From Acholeplasmataceae bacterium (GTDB lineage Bacteria > Bacillota_I > Bacilli_A > Acholeplasmatales > Acholeplasmataceae): a stretch of DNA of 64,000 nt. Shown here piece after piece: positions 38,099-47,972 of this stretch (position 1 is the stretch's first letter; each line of letters begins with the position of its first letter). A program made the position numbers and the translations under genes. The stretch is from assembly GCA_963667565.1 (NCBI GenBank), contig OY763415.1, forward strand, positions 896,001-960,000, in the 5' to 3' direction. Below the pieces are notes generated by a model. That model had not been told where the DNA came from. It saw nothing but the letters and a program-made list of their open reading frames with translations, and did not search any database.

Positions 38099-38923
38099 AT
38101 GAATAAAATTGATCAAATTGAAAAAGTAACAAGTTACAACGAGAAGATTAAACTTAACTTCATACGCTTTTTATTAAAAGAGGAAGTTTTTAGTTTCAAT
38201 GTCATTGAGAATCGAGATAATGATAGATTCGAAAACATATTAGATGCATATGAATGTTTTCTTGATGCCACATTAGACAAAGCAGCTATCAAAGCTGTAC
38301 TCAAAGCAGTAAATGGAAATGAAGCACAAATGGATACAAATTACATTGAAGAATTACTCACAAGTAATTTTGATGATTATTCAATATCAGATTGCATTAA
38401 TGTTTTTGTTGATATTGTGCAAAAACAAGTCTTCTATGAAAAAACTGAGGAAATGGGAAAATTGATTTTTAATAAATTACTTGAACTCAATGGATATTGT
38501 CCTGTTGTGTTTTATCCAAAACTCACAAGAAATCTTTTAGATCATATTCAATCAGGTTCGGCAGAAGAAATTATTGAGAAAATTTTCATAAAAATCATTT
38601 TTAGAACGATGAAACATTTAAATACAAAACGAATACTATTACAACAAGAAACTGTACTTGATCTGATTTTGCAACATGAGGAAATGATTAAACAAGTATA
38701 TCATGTAGATTCATTAGGCATATTTGGTTCGTTTGCTAGAAATAATCAAACCGAATATAGTGACATAGATGTTTGGATTAAAGTTAATCAAGAGTTTTCA
38801 AATGAAGATAAATATGCTTTAAGTGTGTTGCTTCAAACAGTTCTTGGGTTATACGTTGATTTAAGTGTATGGACAACTGAACTAGATGAAATGTTATTTC
38901 ATGATTCATTAACAGTGTTTTAA
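38099..38923 (+). CDS. Degenerate Fic-like domain plus minimal nucleotidyltransferase (MNT)
   Basis: C-terminal IFGSFARNNQTEYSDIDV...VDL; the middle region KQVF...GKLIFNKLLELNGYCPVV resembles a Fic core without HPFxDGNGR. Confidence 0.65.
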   Translation: MNKIDQIEKVTSYNEKIKLNFIRFLLKEEVFSFNVIENRDNDRFENILDAYECFLDATLDKAAIKAVLKAVNGNEAQMDTNYIEELLTSNFDDYSISDCINVFVDIVQKQVFYEKTEEMGKLIFNKLLELNGYCPVVFYPKLTRNLLDHIQSGSAEEIIEKIFIKIIFRTMKHLNTKRILLQQETVLDLILQHEEMIKQVYHVDSLGIFGSFARNNQTEYSDIDVWIKVNQEFSNEDKYALSVLLQTVLGLYVDLSVWTTELDEMLFHDSLTVF

Positions 38924-38927
38924 GGCT

Positions 38928-39812
38928 ATGAAAGTAAAATTCGAAATAAATGATAAACTGTTTTATCGATTTATTGAGTTCATTAGTAAATTGAATCATA
39001 TTGATTTGACACATGAAAGTTTCAAGTTGATTTGTTTAAATCAATATACACCACAAACCAAGCAAGAACTACGGGTTAAAAGATTTGCAAACGCATTTAG
39101 ATATGTTGTAGACAATAGTCATTCAGACTTAACTTTAGAATTTTTAGATACTGTGCACTTCTTATTATTAGGTAGAAAAATGTCAAATAAGATTAAAAAA
39201 GATTTGCTTGAAAAATATTATCTAATTTATGATGATCATCCACAACTTAAAGCATCAAAGATTCATCTATTTATGATAGGACAAAAGTTGAAAATGAAAT
39301 CAGAACTAGCATTTCTGATAACAAACTATATTTTGATTAAGGATGAACTATTTCCAATCATTGTCTATCCAAATGATGCTAAAGTATACAAAGATGCAAT
39401 CAAAATTAGATTAGAAAATCCGAATCAATTCTATTTGTTTTTGTTACAAAACGAACACTTCATTAGAAAAACACATCAACATAAAATGATGAGTATAAAT
39501 GAACAAAAAACCAAAGATGAGGTTATTAGCATTCTAAAAAGCGAAACAAATACACTAAAAACTAAATATCATGTCAAAAAGTTATATCTCTATGGATCTT
39601 TTGCAAAAGAAACAGATACAGCAATTAGTGACATTGATATTCTTGTTGTATTAAATGACTACATGATTAATTATGAAAAATATGAGATCATGAAAAAAAT
39701 CAAGAAATATCTTTCTGAGATTATGGCTTATCGGTTAGATGTTATGGAATTTAGCCATGCACTTTCATCTCTTGAAATACATGAGATGACACATATTATA
39801 ACAATCATATAA
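38928..39812 (+). CDS. Degenerate Fic-like domain plus MNT (paralog)
   Basis: LYGSFAKETDTAISDIDI...LDV; N-terminal LTLEFLDTVHFLL...KASKIH...LITNYILIKDELFPIIV. Confidence 0.65.
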   Translation: MKVKFEINDKLFYRFIEFISKLNHIDLTHESFKLICLNQYTPQTKQELRVKRFANAFRYVVDNSHSDLTLEFLDTVHFLLLGRKMSNKIKKDLLEKYYLIYDDHPQLKASKIHLFMIGQKLKMKSELAFLITNYILIKDELFPIIVYPNDAKVYKDAIKIRLENPNQFYLFLLQNEHFIRKTHQHKMMSINEQKTKDEVISILKSETNTLKTKYHVKKLYLYGSFAKETDTAISDIDILVVLNDYMINYEKYEIMKKIKKYLSEIMAYRLDVMEFSHALSSLEIHEMTHIITII

Positions 39813-39826
39813 AAGGAGAAAAAATT

Positions 39827-42800
39827 ATGATACAAAGACTAACAAATTTAAACGGATTAACCGTTGAAACAAACTATTTACATCCTACTGAACCAACAGT
39901 AGGAAATTATAATATTGGAGAAATCAATCATTTAAGCATGGATGATGGATTATTATTAATTAAAATAAGTGGTATCACATATTCATACATTGATGAAATA
40001 GCTAAAATGAAGTTGATTCTTCCTATTTCGGGATTTAGTGATGGAACTAGATTTTTTGCAAGAGAAGTGACAACTTCTTATACACCAAGTTCAGTAAATT
40101 GGAATACGAAGCCATCGGTCAATACAAGTCAAACTGAAGCAGAACATTTCTTAGAAATATTGGGTTCAGGATTGACTTCACCTACTGCACAAGCAGTTAT
40201 TTTTGATTTAACAAATTTAGCTAGAAAATGGAAAGAAAGTGGAACATCAAATAGAAGCATTGCTATCTATACGACTGGAACTTGGGGTTATATTTATACA
40301 CCAAGATATTCTAGTATTTTAAATACTGAACAAGTATTAGTGATTGAGAATGCTCGTCAAACAGGTCTTGCAAGTCATTTAAGTTTTACTGAACAAGAAA
40401 TTGGTTTTGCTGGAAAGAGTTTTATTAATAATTTTACGGGTAAACTACTAGCTGCTTTTTCTGGCTTCAGTACTGACTCTCAAAAAGCACCTATTTCATT
40501 TGGAGCATTTTATGCTCAACAAAGACCGGTTGGTATTTCACCATTAAGTTATAAAAAAACGATGCCATATTATTGGCGTTCTAATTTTGACTATGGTGTT
40601 TCTCAAACAACAAAACGATTTACAATTGTGCATCCTGATGGTAGTGTTCAACATTATGATGAAGTAACCCCTGAACAAGCAGCGCAATATAACATAGAAA
40701 CAACACTGGACAAAGTATACATCAATTTTTTTGATTTTTCTTACCTAGAAGATCAAGGTGATTTAGTCATCTATGACCAACAAAAGAATCAAATGAAATT
40801 ATCAAAAACTGGATTGATTAAAGAGGTCAAAAAGGCAGATGGATCTACGATTACATATGTGAACGATGGATCTAGAATTGTTTCAATCAATGCTGATGGA
40901 AAAACTGTAGCATTTACATATCTAAGTGGAAATGTACAAAGAGTTGAATTTATTGAAGAAGAAAAATCGATTTTTATCACTTATGGCACTTATGGACCAA
41001 CTAGCATTAAATTACAAGATATTACTTATGTGACAGAAGATACATCAAGTGGGGGTACGACTTCAACTAAAACTTATGTTGATCGCTATGAAGCAAGATA
41101 TGAGTATAGTGGATCAACACTAATAAGAATGATTGATGTGAAGATGAATCTTGCCATAAAGTTTACCTTTACTAGTTCAAAAGTAACTAAAATTACTAAT
41201 CAAGTGTATTCACCACTAACGGATGGAGCTTACATAGATATTTATTATGATACAACAAGAGCACACACTAAAATAACAGATTATCAAGATAATGTGACAT
41301 ATTTATATAAAAATAATTATGGACAATGCATTCAAAAAGTAGATGGAGATGGAAACGCAATTGCCATGCGCTATGCAAATGTTTCAGAAGATGGTACACA
41401 ACAAAAACTTCAAGAAGCATCAAGTGCAATTTATAATGTTAGAAATATGATTTTAAATCATTCATTCGATAGTTCTGTTGAACCAATTGATTCAGATGCC
41501 TTAGGATGGAAAACTAATGCACCAGTGACGGTTAAAGTAGTAGATGATGGTGTTTATGGTGACCAATGCTTAAGAGTAAGAAGAGATGCATCAGGAGTTT
41601 CGATTATTAATCAAACTATTGAACCACCAGTAGGAAACCATAAAATTGTTTTTTTTGCTAAATCTAAAAATGCAGTAGGTAATGCAAAAGTCAAAGCTGT
41701 ATTAAATTATTCAATTCGAAGATTAGCTTTACCTGGAGAAATTGGAATACTTGATCCAGATGGTAATGCCTATGTGATTGTTGATGCAGATACCATCAAT
41801 GTTGAAAGTATTAATATTATTGGTTTTGAAGATTGGACAAGATTCGAGGTTAGTGGATTAAATATTCCATCAACAGCAACATCTGCATCACTTGAAATTA
41901 AAATGGAATGCTTTCATTCAGAAGGTGATGTTTTCTTTGATGACTTTCAAATGGTTGCACCTCAAAGATCAACATATAATTTGATTCAAAATGGATTTTT
42001 TGATGGAGAAACTGGAAACATTCCAGTTGGTTGGACAGCATCAAGTGAAAACACATCAAGTGATCGATTAGTATCATCAAGTCTTGTTGAGCCATTTGAT
42101 GCGATACTTGGTGCGAAAAACATGATGTTTGTTGGAGCATATGATAAACTTAAATCTATTTCAAGACATCTAGATATTAGTGGTGGAGCAGGTGAAGAAT
42201 TTTCGTTGATTTCTTGGGCTAAAGGATATGTGCTAGACTCTGATATTTTTAGAGTGAAAGTACTTATTGAGTATCCTGAGTTTGAAGACGAAGAATTGTT
42301 CTTTGATTTTGGAAAAGATACTACAAATTGGCAAATGCTTCTTAGAAATATTACGACAAGTAAACCATATAGTGGTATGACGATCACTTTAGAACATCAA
42401 GGTCCTAACACAGTCAATTTTGATTCAGTTCAATTATACAGGGATGCATCTGGTAAACATTATAATTATGATGAAAAAGGAAATCTTTTAGATCAAATGA
42501 ACAGTGATAAAACAAAATCTTCATTATCTTATGACGATAGCAATAAGATTTCACAGTCTGTTGATCCTTCAGGTGATACCTATAGATACACTTATAATGA
42601 AGATGATAAGTTAACTAAGATTAAAGATGCTAAAGGTAATGAAATCTTATTTGAGTATGACACAAATGGTAATAGAACAAAATCTGAGATTAAGTATAAA
42701 GAAGATTCTGGTCTAGTAAAATCAATGGTTTTTGAACAAGCATTTAATAGCGATAATAAAGTAGAATCAACAACAGATGAACTAGGAAATACAGCATCAA

Positions 42801-45800
42801 TTTTATATGATGCAAAAGGTCGAGTCTATAAGGAGACAAACGCTAAAAATGTTGTAAAAACTAGTTCATATGATGCTTATGATAATTTAATTCAACTTAT
42901 TCAAAGTAAAGATGGAAAATCAACAGCTCATACTTATCAATATAATACAGATCAATCATTAAAATCAATTACAACAGATAATGGCACAAAATATGATTTT
43001 GTCTATGATGCATGGGGTAAACTAAAACAAGTTAAAGTGAATAATGTGTTATTTGCATCCTATGAACATAATTTTGTTAAACATGGCGTAGAAACAGATT
43101 TAATCACGAAACAAATTTATGGAAGTGATTCGACTGAAGCATTTGATTTTAGTTATGATCAAAAGGGACGTTTAGAAGAAGTTAACTTCAAAGGTAGTTT
43201 AGTTGCTCAATATGAATATAATGATAAAGGACAAGTGTTCCATATCCATACACCAGAAGTAGAAAAATACTTTAGTTATGATGTAAAAGGAAAACTAATA
43301 AAAGAATCAAATTCCGAAGGTAAAATTATTCGCTTCGATTATGACAATTTAGATCAAGTGCAAAAAGCGACATTTGATATCAATGGTGTTATGAGAAGCT
43401 ATGACTTTGAATATACCAATGAATTTAATCAATATAACAGAGATGGTTTAAGAACAAGAATTACTAAAGCGTTTAAAGATGATGTTGCAGAAGATAATTT
43501 CTCTTATAGAGGTATTTATGGTATGAGCACAAGTCTTATATCAAATGCATATTTCTTAGAGGATAATCTTCTAAGCGAACGTGCATTAACATTAACAAAA
43601 AATACTTCTCAAGTTGTATATGATCTATCAACTGTAAATAATAAACGTACAACAGGTATGGTAGATGGTGAATGGTTTGATAAGATTAATTGGAGAAATA
43701 GATTCTATTATAACAAGTCATTTATGGGATGGTTTAGACCTTATCAATTAACAGATGAAAGAGCAATTATGACCGTTGGTAAAGACGGTAATGATTACTT
43801 CAAGGTGTTAGGTAGAAAAGATGGAACAAATTATGTATTCACATTAAAATATACAAAAGATGGTGCAAACTCAACGAAAGCAACCATAACAGTACCTGCA
43901 GTTGATAAATGGATGTTTATTGGTTTAACCATTAATAAAGCAGAAAGTAATACCGAATTAAGATTTGCAGTAGAAAATCAATATGCATATTCATTTATGA
44001 GTAGTTTTAGTGTTACACATTTGATCAATCAAGCAGTCATCGGTGATAGAAGTCAACCATCTGTAGGTAGTGATGAACCAAATTCAACATATCAATTAAA
44101 ATCACATATGTTTAGCATTGGTGCCTATATTCATACAAAAGATACATTTTGTATCTTACATGCACAAGGCGAGAAATATTTAACCAATGATCTTGATATG
44201 ACACCTAAAACTGGTGTATCATTTGAGAATCCAGAAATTTATGATGGATTAGATACTGTCAGTTTAAATGGGACATTTATCTCTAAACAAGGTATTAAGC
44301 CTAAGAGTTATGCTTATACTGATAAGAGTTATGCGCTTGATAAAACAAGACTTTTTGAGTATAGCAATAATGACGACAAACATGTGTACGGTAGTTATGA
44401 TGGACTCATGGGTCTAGCGGATACTAAAGGTAAACTTATTTACGATTTTGATCTAAAAGAGAAAGGATCAATGAGTATTAGATTTAAACCAGTCGTTTCA
44501 TCAACAACGGATCGTACAATCATCATGCATAAAAAAGATGGCGTTAATTTATTTGGTGTTAAACTAAAAACAGATAACAAACTTTATATGGTACTGAATG
44601 GCACCGATTATGTTGTTGGAACAACAACTTATGCATATGATGCATGGAAGACAGTCATCTTAACATGGGACGGGTCAACATTTAAAGTCAATAATGGCGT
44701 AACAACAAAAACATTAACAGCATCATTATCACTAAAAGACGTGATGACAATCATTGGATCGGATTTAGCAGCTGATGGATTTACACCAGAAAAACATCTA
44801 AACGGCCAATTAGAAATGTTAGCCTATAAAGATGATGTGATTGATTCAGCTACTGTAACAAAACTATTCCAAAACAATCACGTATTATCTGTTAAAACAT
44901 ATGTTGATATACTAGGTAGAAGTAAGAAAGATGTGATTGATACTGGCTTAGTTGAACTTGAAAACTCATATAGTTATAAAGCGCCAGCGTCAGGTAAAAC
45001 ATCACTTCAAGTTGAGTCTATTCAAAAATACGATAATACTACAGTCACTTACGGATATGATGAACTAGGTAATATTACATCTATGGTAACACCAGATGGT
45101 ACTTATGAATATGAGTATGATTATTTAAATCGACTTGTAAGAGAATACAATCCAAAAGTTCAAAAGACAATGATTATGGTCTATAAAGCTAACAACAATA
45201 TTGAGTTTAAAAAGTATTATAATGGTAATCAACCATTAACAGTATCTAGTACACCAATTGAATCATATGAATATAAGTATGAAAACTCATGGAAAGATCA
45301 ATTGACAAGTATTGTTAAAAGCTCAAATGGTGTTGTTGTTAGTACAGAAACAATTTCATATGCTGGAAGTACCTTCATTGGAAATCCAAGTTCTATCGGT
45401 GATAAAAACTTAACATGGTCTGGTAGAAGACTCACAAAAATCACTGAAGCTAATAAAGACACAATTGAATACTTCTATAACGAAGAAGGTATTAGAACTA
45501 AAAAGAAAGTCGGAACAGATATTACAACATATGAGCTTAATGGTTCTAACATTATTTCAGAAACAAAGAATGATACAGAAACAGTCAGATACATCTATAA
45601 TGAAAGAGGATTACTTGTAGGTTTTGAACATTTAAGTAAAGTATATTATTATGTGAGAGATTTACTTGGAATAATCACAGAAGTTGTTGATGAAAATGGA
45701 TCTGTTATGGTATCATATACATATGATGCTTGGGGTAGAATTATCAATAAAGCAGTTAATGATTCTCTCATTGATAGTTTGAATCATATTATTTCTAATG

Positions 45801-46552
45801 GAGTTTACCTAGACGATGAAACAGAATATTATTACTCAAATCAAGGTTATTACAGTTCACATACAGCTCAATACATTCTAGTTAAGAACTCAATAGAGAA
45901 AATAGTTTCTGCATTAAGTAGTGATAAATCAAATCATAAGTCTAGTTCTAAGTATAGTAAAATTGGCAATTCGACTTATCAAATTCCTTTAAGAATTAAT
46001 TATAACTTCCCGAACTACCAAAAAGAAAGTAATGATTATCCTATTGCGGATGTACCAGAATCGAATAATAAGTCTTCATTTTTTGGGAACGCTTATATAG
46101 CAATTAGTCAAACAGCAAGCGTCATTTCCACATTAATAAATAGTGTTGGAGTCATGAGTGAAGCTTCTTTAAATGCCTTAACATCAGTAACTATAAGATT
46201 AAATAGTATTGGTGGGAATATAAATGTAACCCGAATGGGAACTTTAGGCACTCAGGTTAGTAAAGTATTATCAAAAATATCTGTTGGAATTTTAATTGTA
46301 TCTGCAGCTTTTCAAGTTATAGACAATTTCACTAATTCTGATTATTCATTAACAGATAAAATTGTATATTCTGCAATTGATGTGGGTATTACTGTTGGAT
46401 TGTATTTTGCTATAGGTGCTATTATGGCTGTTTCAGCACCGGTCGCTTTAGTTGCTGCTGGACTGGCTTTTGTAGCTTTGGAAGTTCTTGATGTTGATAA
46501 ATATATTAAAGAAGGTATCAAAAAATTATTTAAATGGACAGGATGGAGATAA
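39827..46552 (+). CDS. Rhs/YD-repeat protein (WapA-like) with carbohydrate-binding/LamG-like inserts and a hydrophobic C-terminal tip
   Basis: VNWNTKPS...FDLT (DNRLRE-like), N.SF/N.FF CBM-like modules, many YD..G repeats, YYYVRDLLG...YTYDAWG core, TM-like C-terminus. Confidence 0.9.
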   Translation: MIQRLTNLNGLTVETNYLHPTEPTVGNYNIGEINHLSMDDGLLLIKISGITYSYIDEIAKMKLILPISGFSDGTRFFAREVTTSYTPSSVNWNTKPSVNTSQTEAEHFLEILGSGLTSPTAQAVIFDLTNLARKWKESGTSNRSIAIYTTGTWGYIYTPRYSSILNTEQVLVIENARQTGLASHLSFTEQEIGFAGKSFINNFTGKLLAAFSGFSTDSQKAPISFGAFYAQQRPVGISPLSYKKTMPYYWRSNFDYGVSQTTKRFTIVHPDGSVQHYDEVTPEQAAQYNIETTLDKVYINFFDFSYLEDQGDLVIYDQQKNQMKLSKTGLIKEVKKADGSTITYVNDGSRIVSINADGKTVAFTYLSGNVQRVEFIEEEKSIFITYGTYGPTSIKLQDITYVTEDTSSGGTTSTKTYVDRYEARYEYSGSTLIRMIDVKMNLAIKFTFTSSKVTKITNQVYSPLTDGAYIDIYYDTTRAHTKITDYQDNVTYLYKNNYGQCIQKVDGDGNAIAMRYANVSEDGTQQKLQEASSAIYNVRNMILNHSFDSSVEPIDSDALGWKTNAPVTVKVVDDGVYGDQCLRVRRDASGVSIINQTIEPPVGNHKIVFFAKSKNAVGNAKVKAVLNYSIRRLALPGEIGILDPDGNAYVIVDADTINVESINIIGFEDWTRFEVSGLNIPSTATSASLEIKMECFHSEGDVFFDDFQMVAPQRSTYNLIQNGFFDGETGNIPVGWTASSENTSSDRLVSSSLVEPFDAILGAKNMMFVGAYDKLKSISRHLDISGGAGEEFSLISWAKGYVLDSDIFRVKVLIEYPEFEDEELFFDFGKDTTNWQMLLRNITTSKPYSGMTITLEHQGPNTVNFDSVQLYRDASGKHYNYDEKGNLLDQMNSDKTKSSLSYDDSNKISQSVDPSGDTYRYTYNEDDKLTKIKDAKGNEILFEYDTNGNRTKSEIKYKEDSGLVKSMVFEQAFNSDNKVESTTDELGNTASILYDAKGRVYKETNAKNVVKTSSYDAYDNLIQLIQSKDGKSTAHTYQYNTDQSLKSITTDNGTKYDFVYDAWGKLKQVKVNNVLFASYEHNFVKHGVETDLITKQIYGSDSTEAFDFSYDQKGRLEEVNFKGSLVAQYEYNDKGQVFHIHTPEVEKYFSYDVKGKLIKESNSEGKIIRFDYDNLDQVQKATFDINGVMRSYDFEYTNEFNQYNRDGLRTRITKAFKDDVAEDNFSYRGIYGMSTSLISNAYFLEDNLLSERALTLTKNTSQVVYDLSTVNNKRTTGMVDGEWFDKINWRNRFYYNKSFMGWFRPYQLTDERAIMTVGKDGNDYFKVLGRKDGTNYVFTLKYTKDGANSTKATITVPAVDKWMFIGLTINKAESNTELRFAVENQYAYSFMSSFSVTHLINQAVIGDRSQPSVGSDEPNSTYQLKSHMFSIGAYIHTKDTFCILHAQGEKYLTNDLDMTPKTGVSFENPEIYDGLDTVSLNGTFISKQGIKPKSYAYTDKSYALDKTRLFEYSNNDDKHVYGSYDGLMGLADTKGKLIYDFDLKEKGSMSIRFKPVVSSTTDRTIIMHKKDGVNLFGVKLKTDNKLYMVLNGTDYVVGTTTYAYDAWKTVILTWDGSTFKVNNGVTTKTLTASLSLKDVMTIIGSDLAADGFTPEKHLNGQLEMLAYKDDVIDSATVTKLFQNNHVLSVKTYVDILGRSKKDVIDTGLVELENSYSYKAPASGKTSLQVESIQKYDNTTVTYGYDELGNITSMVTPDGTYEYEYDYLNRLVREYNPKVQKTMIMVYKANNNIEFKKYYNGNQPLTVSSTPIESYEYKYENSWKDQLTSIVKSSNGVVVSTETISYAGSTFIGNPSSIGDKNLTWSGRRLTKITEANKDTIEYFYNEEGIRTKKKVGTDITTYELNGSNIISETKNDTETVRYIYNERGLLVGFEHLSKVYYYVRDLLGIITEVVDENGSVMVSYTYDAWGRIINKAVNDSLIDSLNHIISNGVYLDDETEYYYSNQGYYSSHTAQYILVKNSIEKIVSALSSDKSNHKSSSKYSKIGNSTYQIPLRINYNFPNYQKESNDYPIADVPESNNKSSFFGNAYIAISQTASVISTLINSVGVMSEASLNALTSVTIRLNSIGGNINVTRMGTLGTQVSKVLSKISVGILIVSAAFQVIDNFTNSDYSLTDKIVYSAIDVGITVGLYFAIGAIMAVSAPVALVAAGLAFVALEVLDVDKYIKEGIKKLFKWTGWR

Positions 46553-46555
46553 TAG

Positions 46556-47158
46556 ATGAACAAAATTAGAAATAAGAGTTTTTTAAATCCAAAAAAAGTA
46601 CCTAATTATAAAAAAATATGGGGATTCTACATCGTAATACCAATAATTGCTTTGGCAATTATTGGGAATATTTTAGAATATGGAAATTATATGTTTATAC
46701 TGTTTTTTTCGATTTTAATAATACTGCCACTATTAGTGATCCCGAGATTTGTAAAGAAAAATAATAATAGTAATTACAGTATCTTACTTAGTTTTGGATC
46801 TTTGCTATTCGTGTTTTTGTTTGAATACAATGTTTTGATGTATTATTATTTGCTGACTCTAAATATTGATAAGATTTATTTCATCTTAGTTTTAATTTCC
46901 GAAATTGTCATTTCAATATTAAGCACATTGTACATCAATATTCAATTTAACATTGATTCTCGGTTGAAAACAACGCATCTTTTGAAATTCGGAATACTAA
47001 TTGTTACTATTCTTCTTGCTATTATTGTACCTGCGTTATTTGTTAACCACGATGCTAAATATATTTTTATATTATTTGGAGTTTTATATGCATCAATCAT
47101 ATATCTAATAGTTAGAATGTTAATGAAAGCAATTATCTTAAAAAAAATGAATAACTAA
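46556..47158 (+). CDS. Six-TM membrane protein, putative Rhs immunity
   Basis: Starts 3 nt after the Rhs stop; very hydrophobic and AT-rich. Confidence 0.65.
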   Translation: MNKIRNKSFLNPKKVPNYKKIWGFYIVIPIIALAIIGNILEYGNYMFILFFSILIILPLLVIPRFVKKNNNSNYSILLSFGSLLFVFLFEYNVLMYYYLLTLNIDKIYFILVLISEIVISILSTLYINIQFNIDSRLKTTHLLKFGILIVTILLAIIVPALFVNHDAKYIFILFGVLYASIIYLIVRMLMKAIILKKMNN

Positions 47159-47231
47159 TAATATTTCATATGTAAAAGGTGGCACACTTTATTTTAGGGG
47201 TTGTGTCTCCTTTTTAATTTCCTTTTTAAGC

Positions 47232-47322
47232 AACTCCGTCCGAAAAAAAGCAAAACTCCGTTGGAAATAGAGTAAAACTCCGTCGAACACGGGTGATTTC
47301 AGAGTAAAACTCCGTAATGACA
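47232..47322. repeat. Four phased AACTCCGT direct repeats ending in ...AATGACA (probable element end)
   Basis: Copies at 47232, 47254, 47276 and 47308; the last two extend to AGAGTAAAACTCCGT. Confidence 0.8.
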
Positions 47323-47337
47323 AGACATTAAATAATT

Positions 47338-47369
47338 AAAGGTTTGAACTTTGGTTCAAACCTTTTTTT
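47338..47369. terminator. Bidirectional-type terminator
   Basis: AAAGGTTTGAAC-TTTG-GTTCAAACCTTT-TTTT perfect stem. Confidence 0.85.
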
Positions 47370-47372
47370 GTT

Positions 47373-47903
47373 TTATCTTTTATCTAAAGTTTTGTACTTC
47401 TCAAAATATAAAAATACATCTGATAAATCAAATGGTTTCTCTTTATGCTTAATTTTATGTAGTAATTGTTGTAATTGCTCATTGATAATATCTTGAATGT
47501 CTTGAGGATAGCACATTTTTTTTAAATGTGTCGCATATTCCTTCTCATCTAAAATGATATATTTTCCATTTGGAAAGACTTTGACATCTAAATCGTAATC
47601 AATATATTTGATTGCTTCCCCATCATATAAATATGGACTCGATAAATTGCAATAAAAGTGTACACCATCTTTTTTTAACATCCCAATAATGTTAAACCAT
47701 GAATCTGAATAAAAATAACAGATTGCAGGTTCTTTGGTATACCAGCTTCTTCCATCATGCTCTATCACTCTTGTTTTTTGGTGACCAGTCACTAGTAGAT
47801 GCTCTTTTTCTTCTAAAACAACAGTATTTTTCCATATGCGATGTAATATCTTATTGTGTTTGTAACTATGGATTGGCACATTCATGCCGGTTGATAATTT
47901 CAT
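47373..47903 (-). CDS. DUF402 nucleoside tri/diphosphate phosphatase (YgaC/Ntdp-like)
   Basis: IHSYKHN..LHRIW, YCNLSSP and YIDYDLDVKV. Confidence 0.9.
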   Translation of the reverse strand: MKLSTGMNVPIHSYKHNKILHRIWKNTVVLEEKEHLLVTGHQKTRVIEHDGRSWYTKEPAICYFYSDSWFNIIGMLKKDGVHFYCNLSSPYLYDGEAIKYIDYDLDVKVFPNGKYIILDEKEYATHLKKMCYPQDIQDIINEQLQQLLHKIKHKEKPFDLSDVFLYFEKYKTLDKR

Positions 47904-47972
47904 AAAACCACCTCAAATGTTGTTATTATTATAACATTATTTAAGGTGGTTTGTTAAGTTATGTTTTTCTAA

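Larger units (their letters stand above)
1..47322. mobile_element. Prophage (siphovirus-like, HK97 head), left end outside the window; right end inferred
   Basis: Contiguous lysogeny, replication, packaging, head, tail and holin-like modules plus cargo. Host housekeeping genes resume at 47373, after a repeat cluster at 47232-47322. Confidence 0.88.

Noticed and set aside
47232..47322. CRISPR array
   Set aside because: Repeats are only 8-15 bp with 22-32 bp periods, too short for repeat-spacer units; no cas genes in the window.
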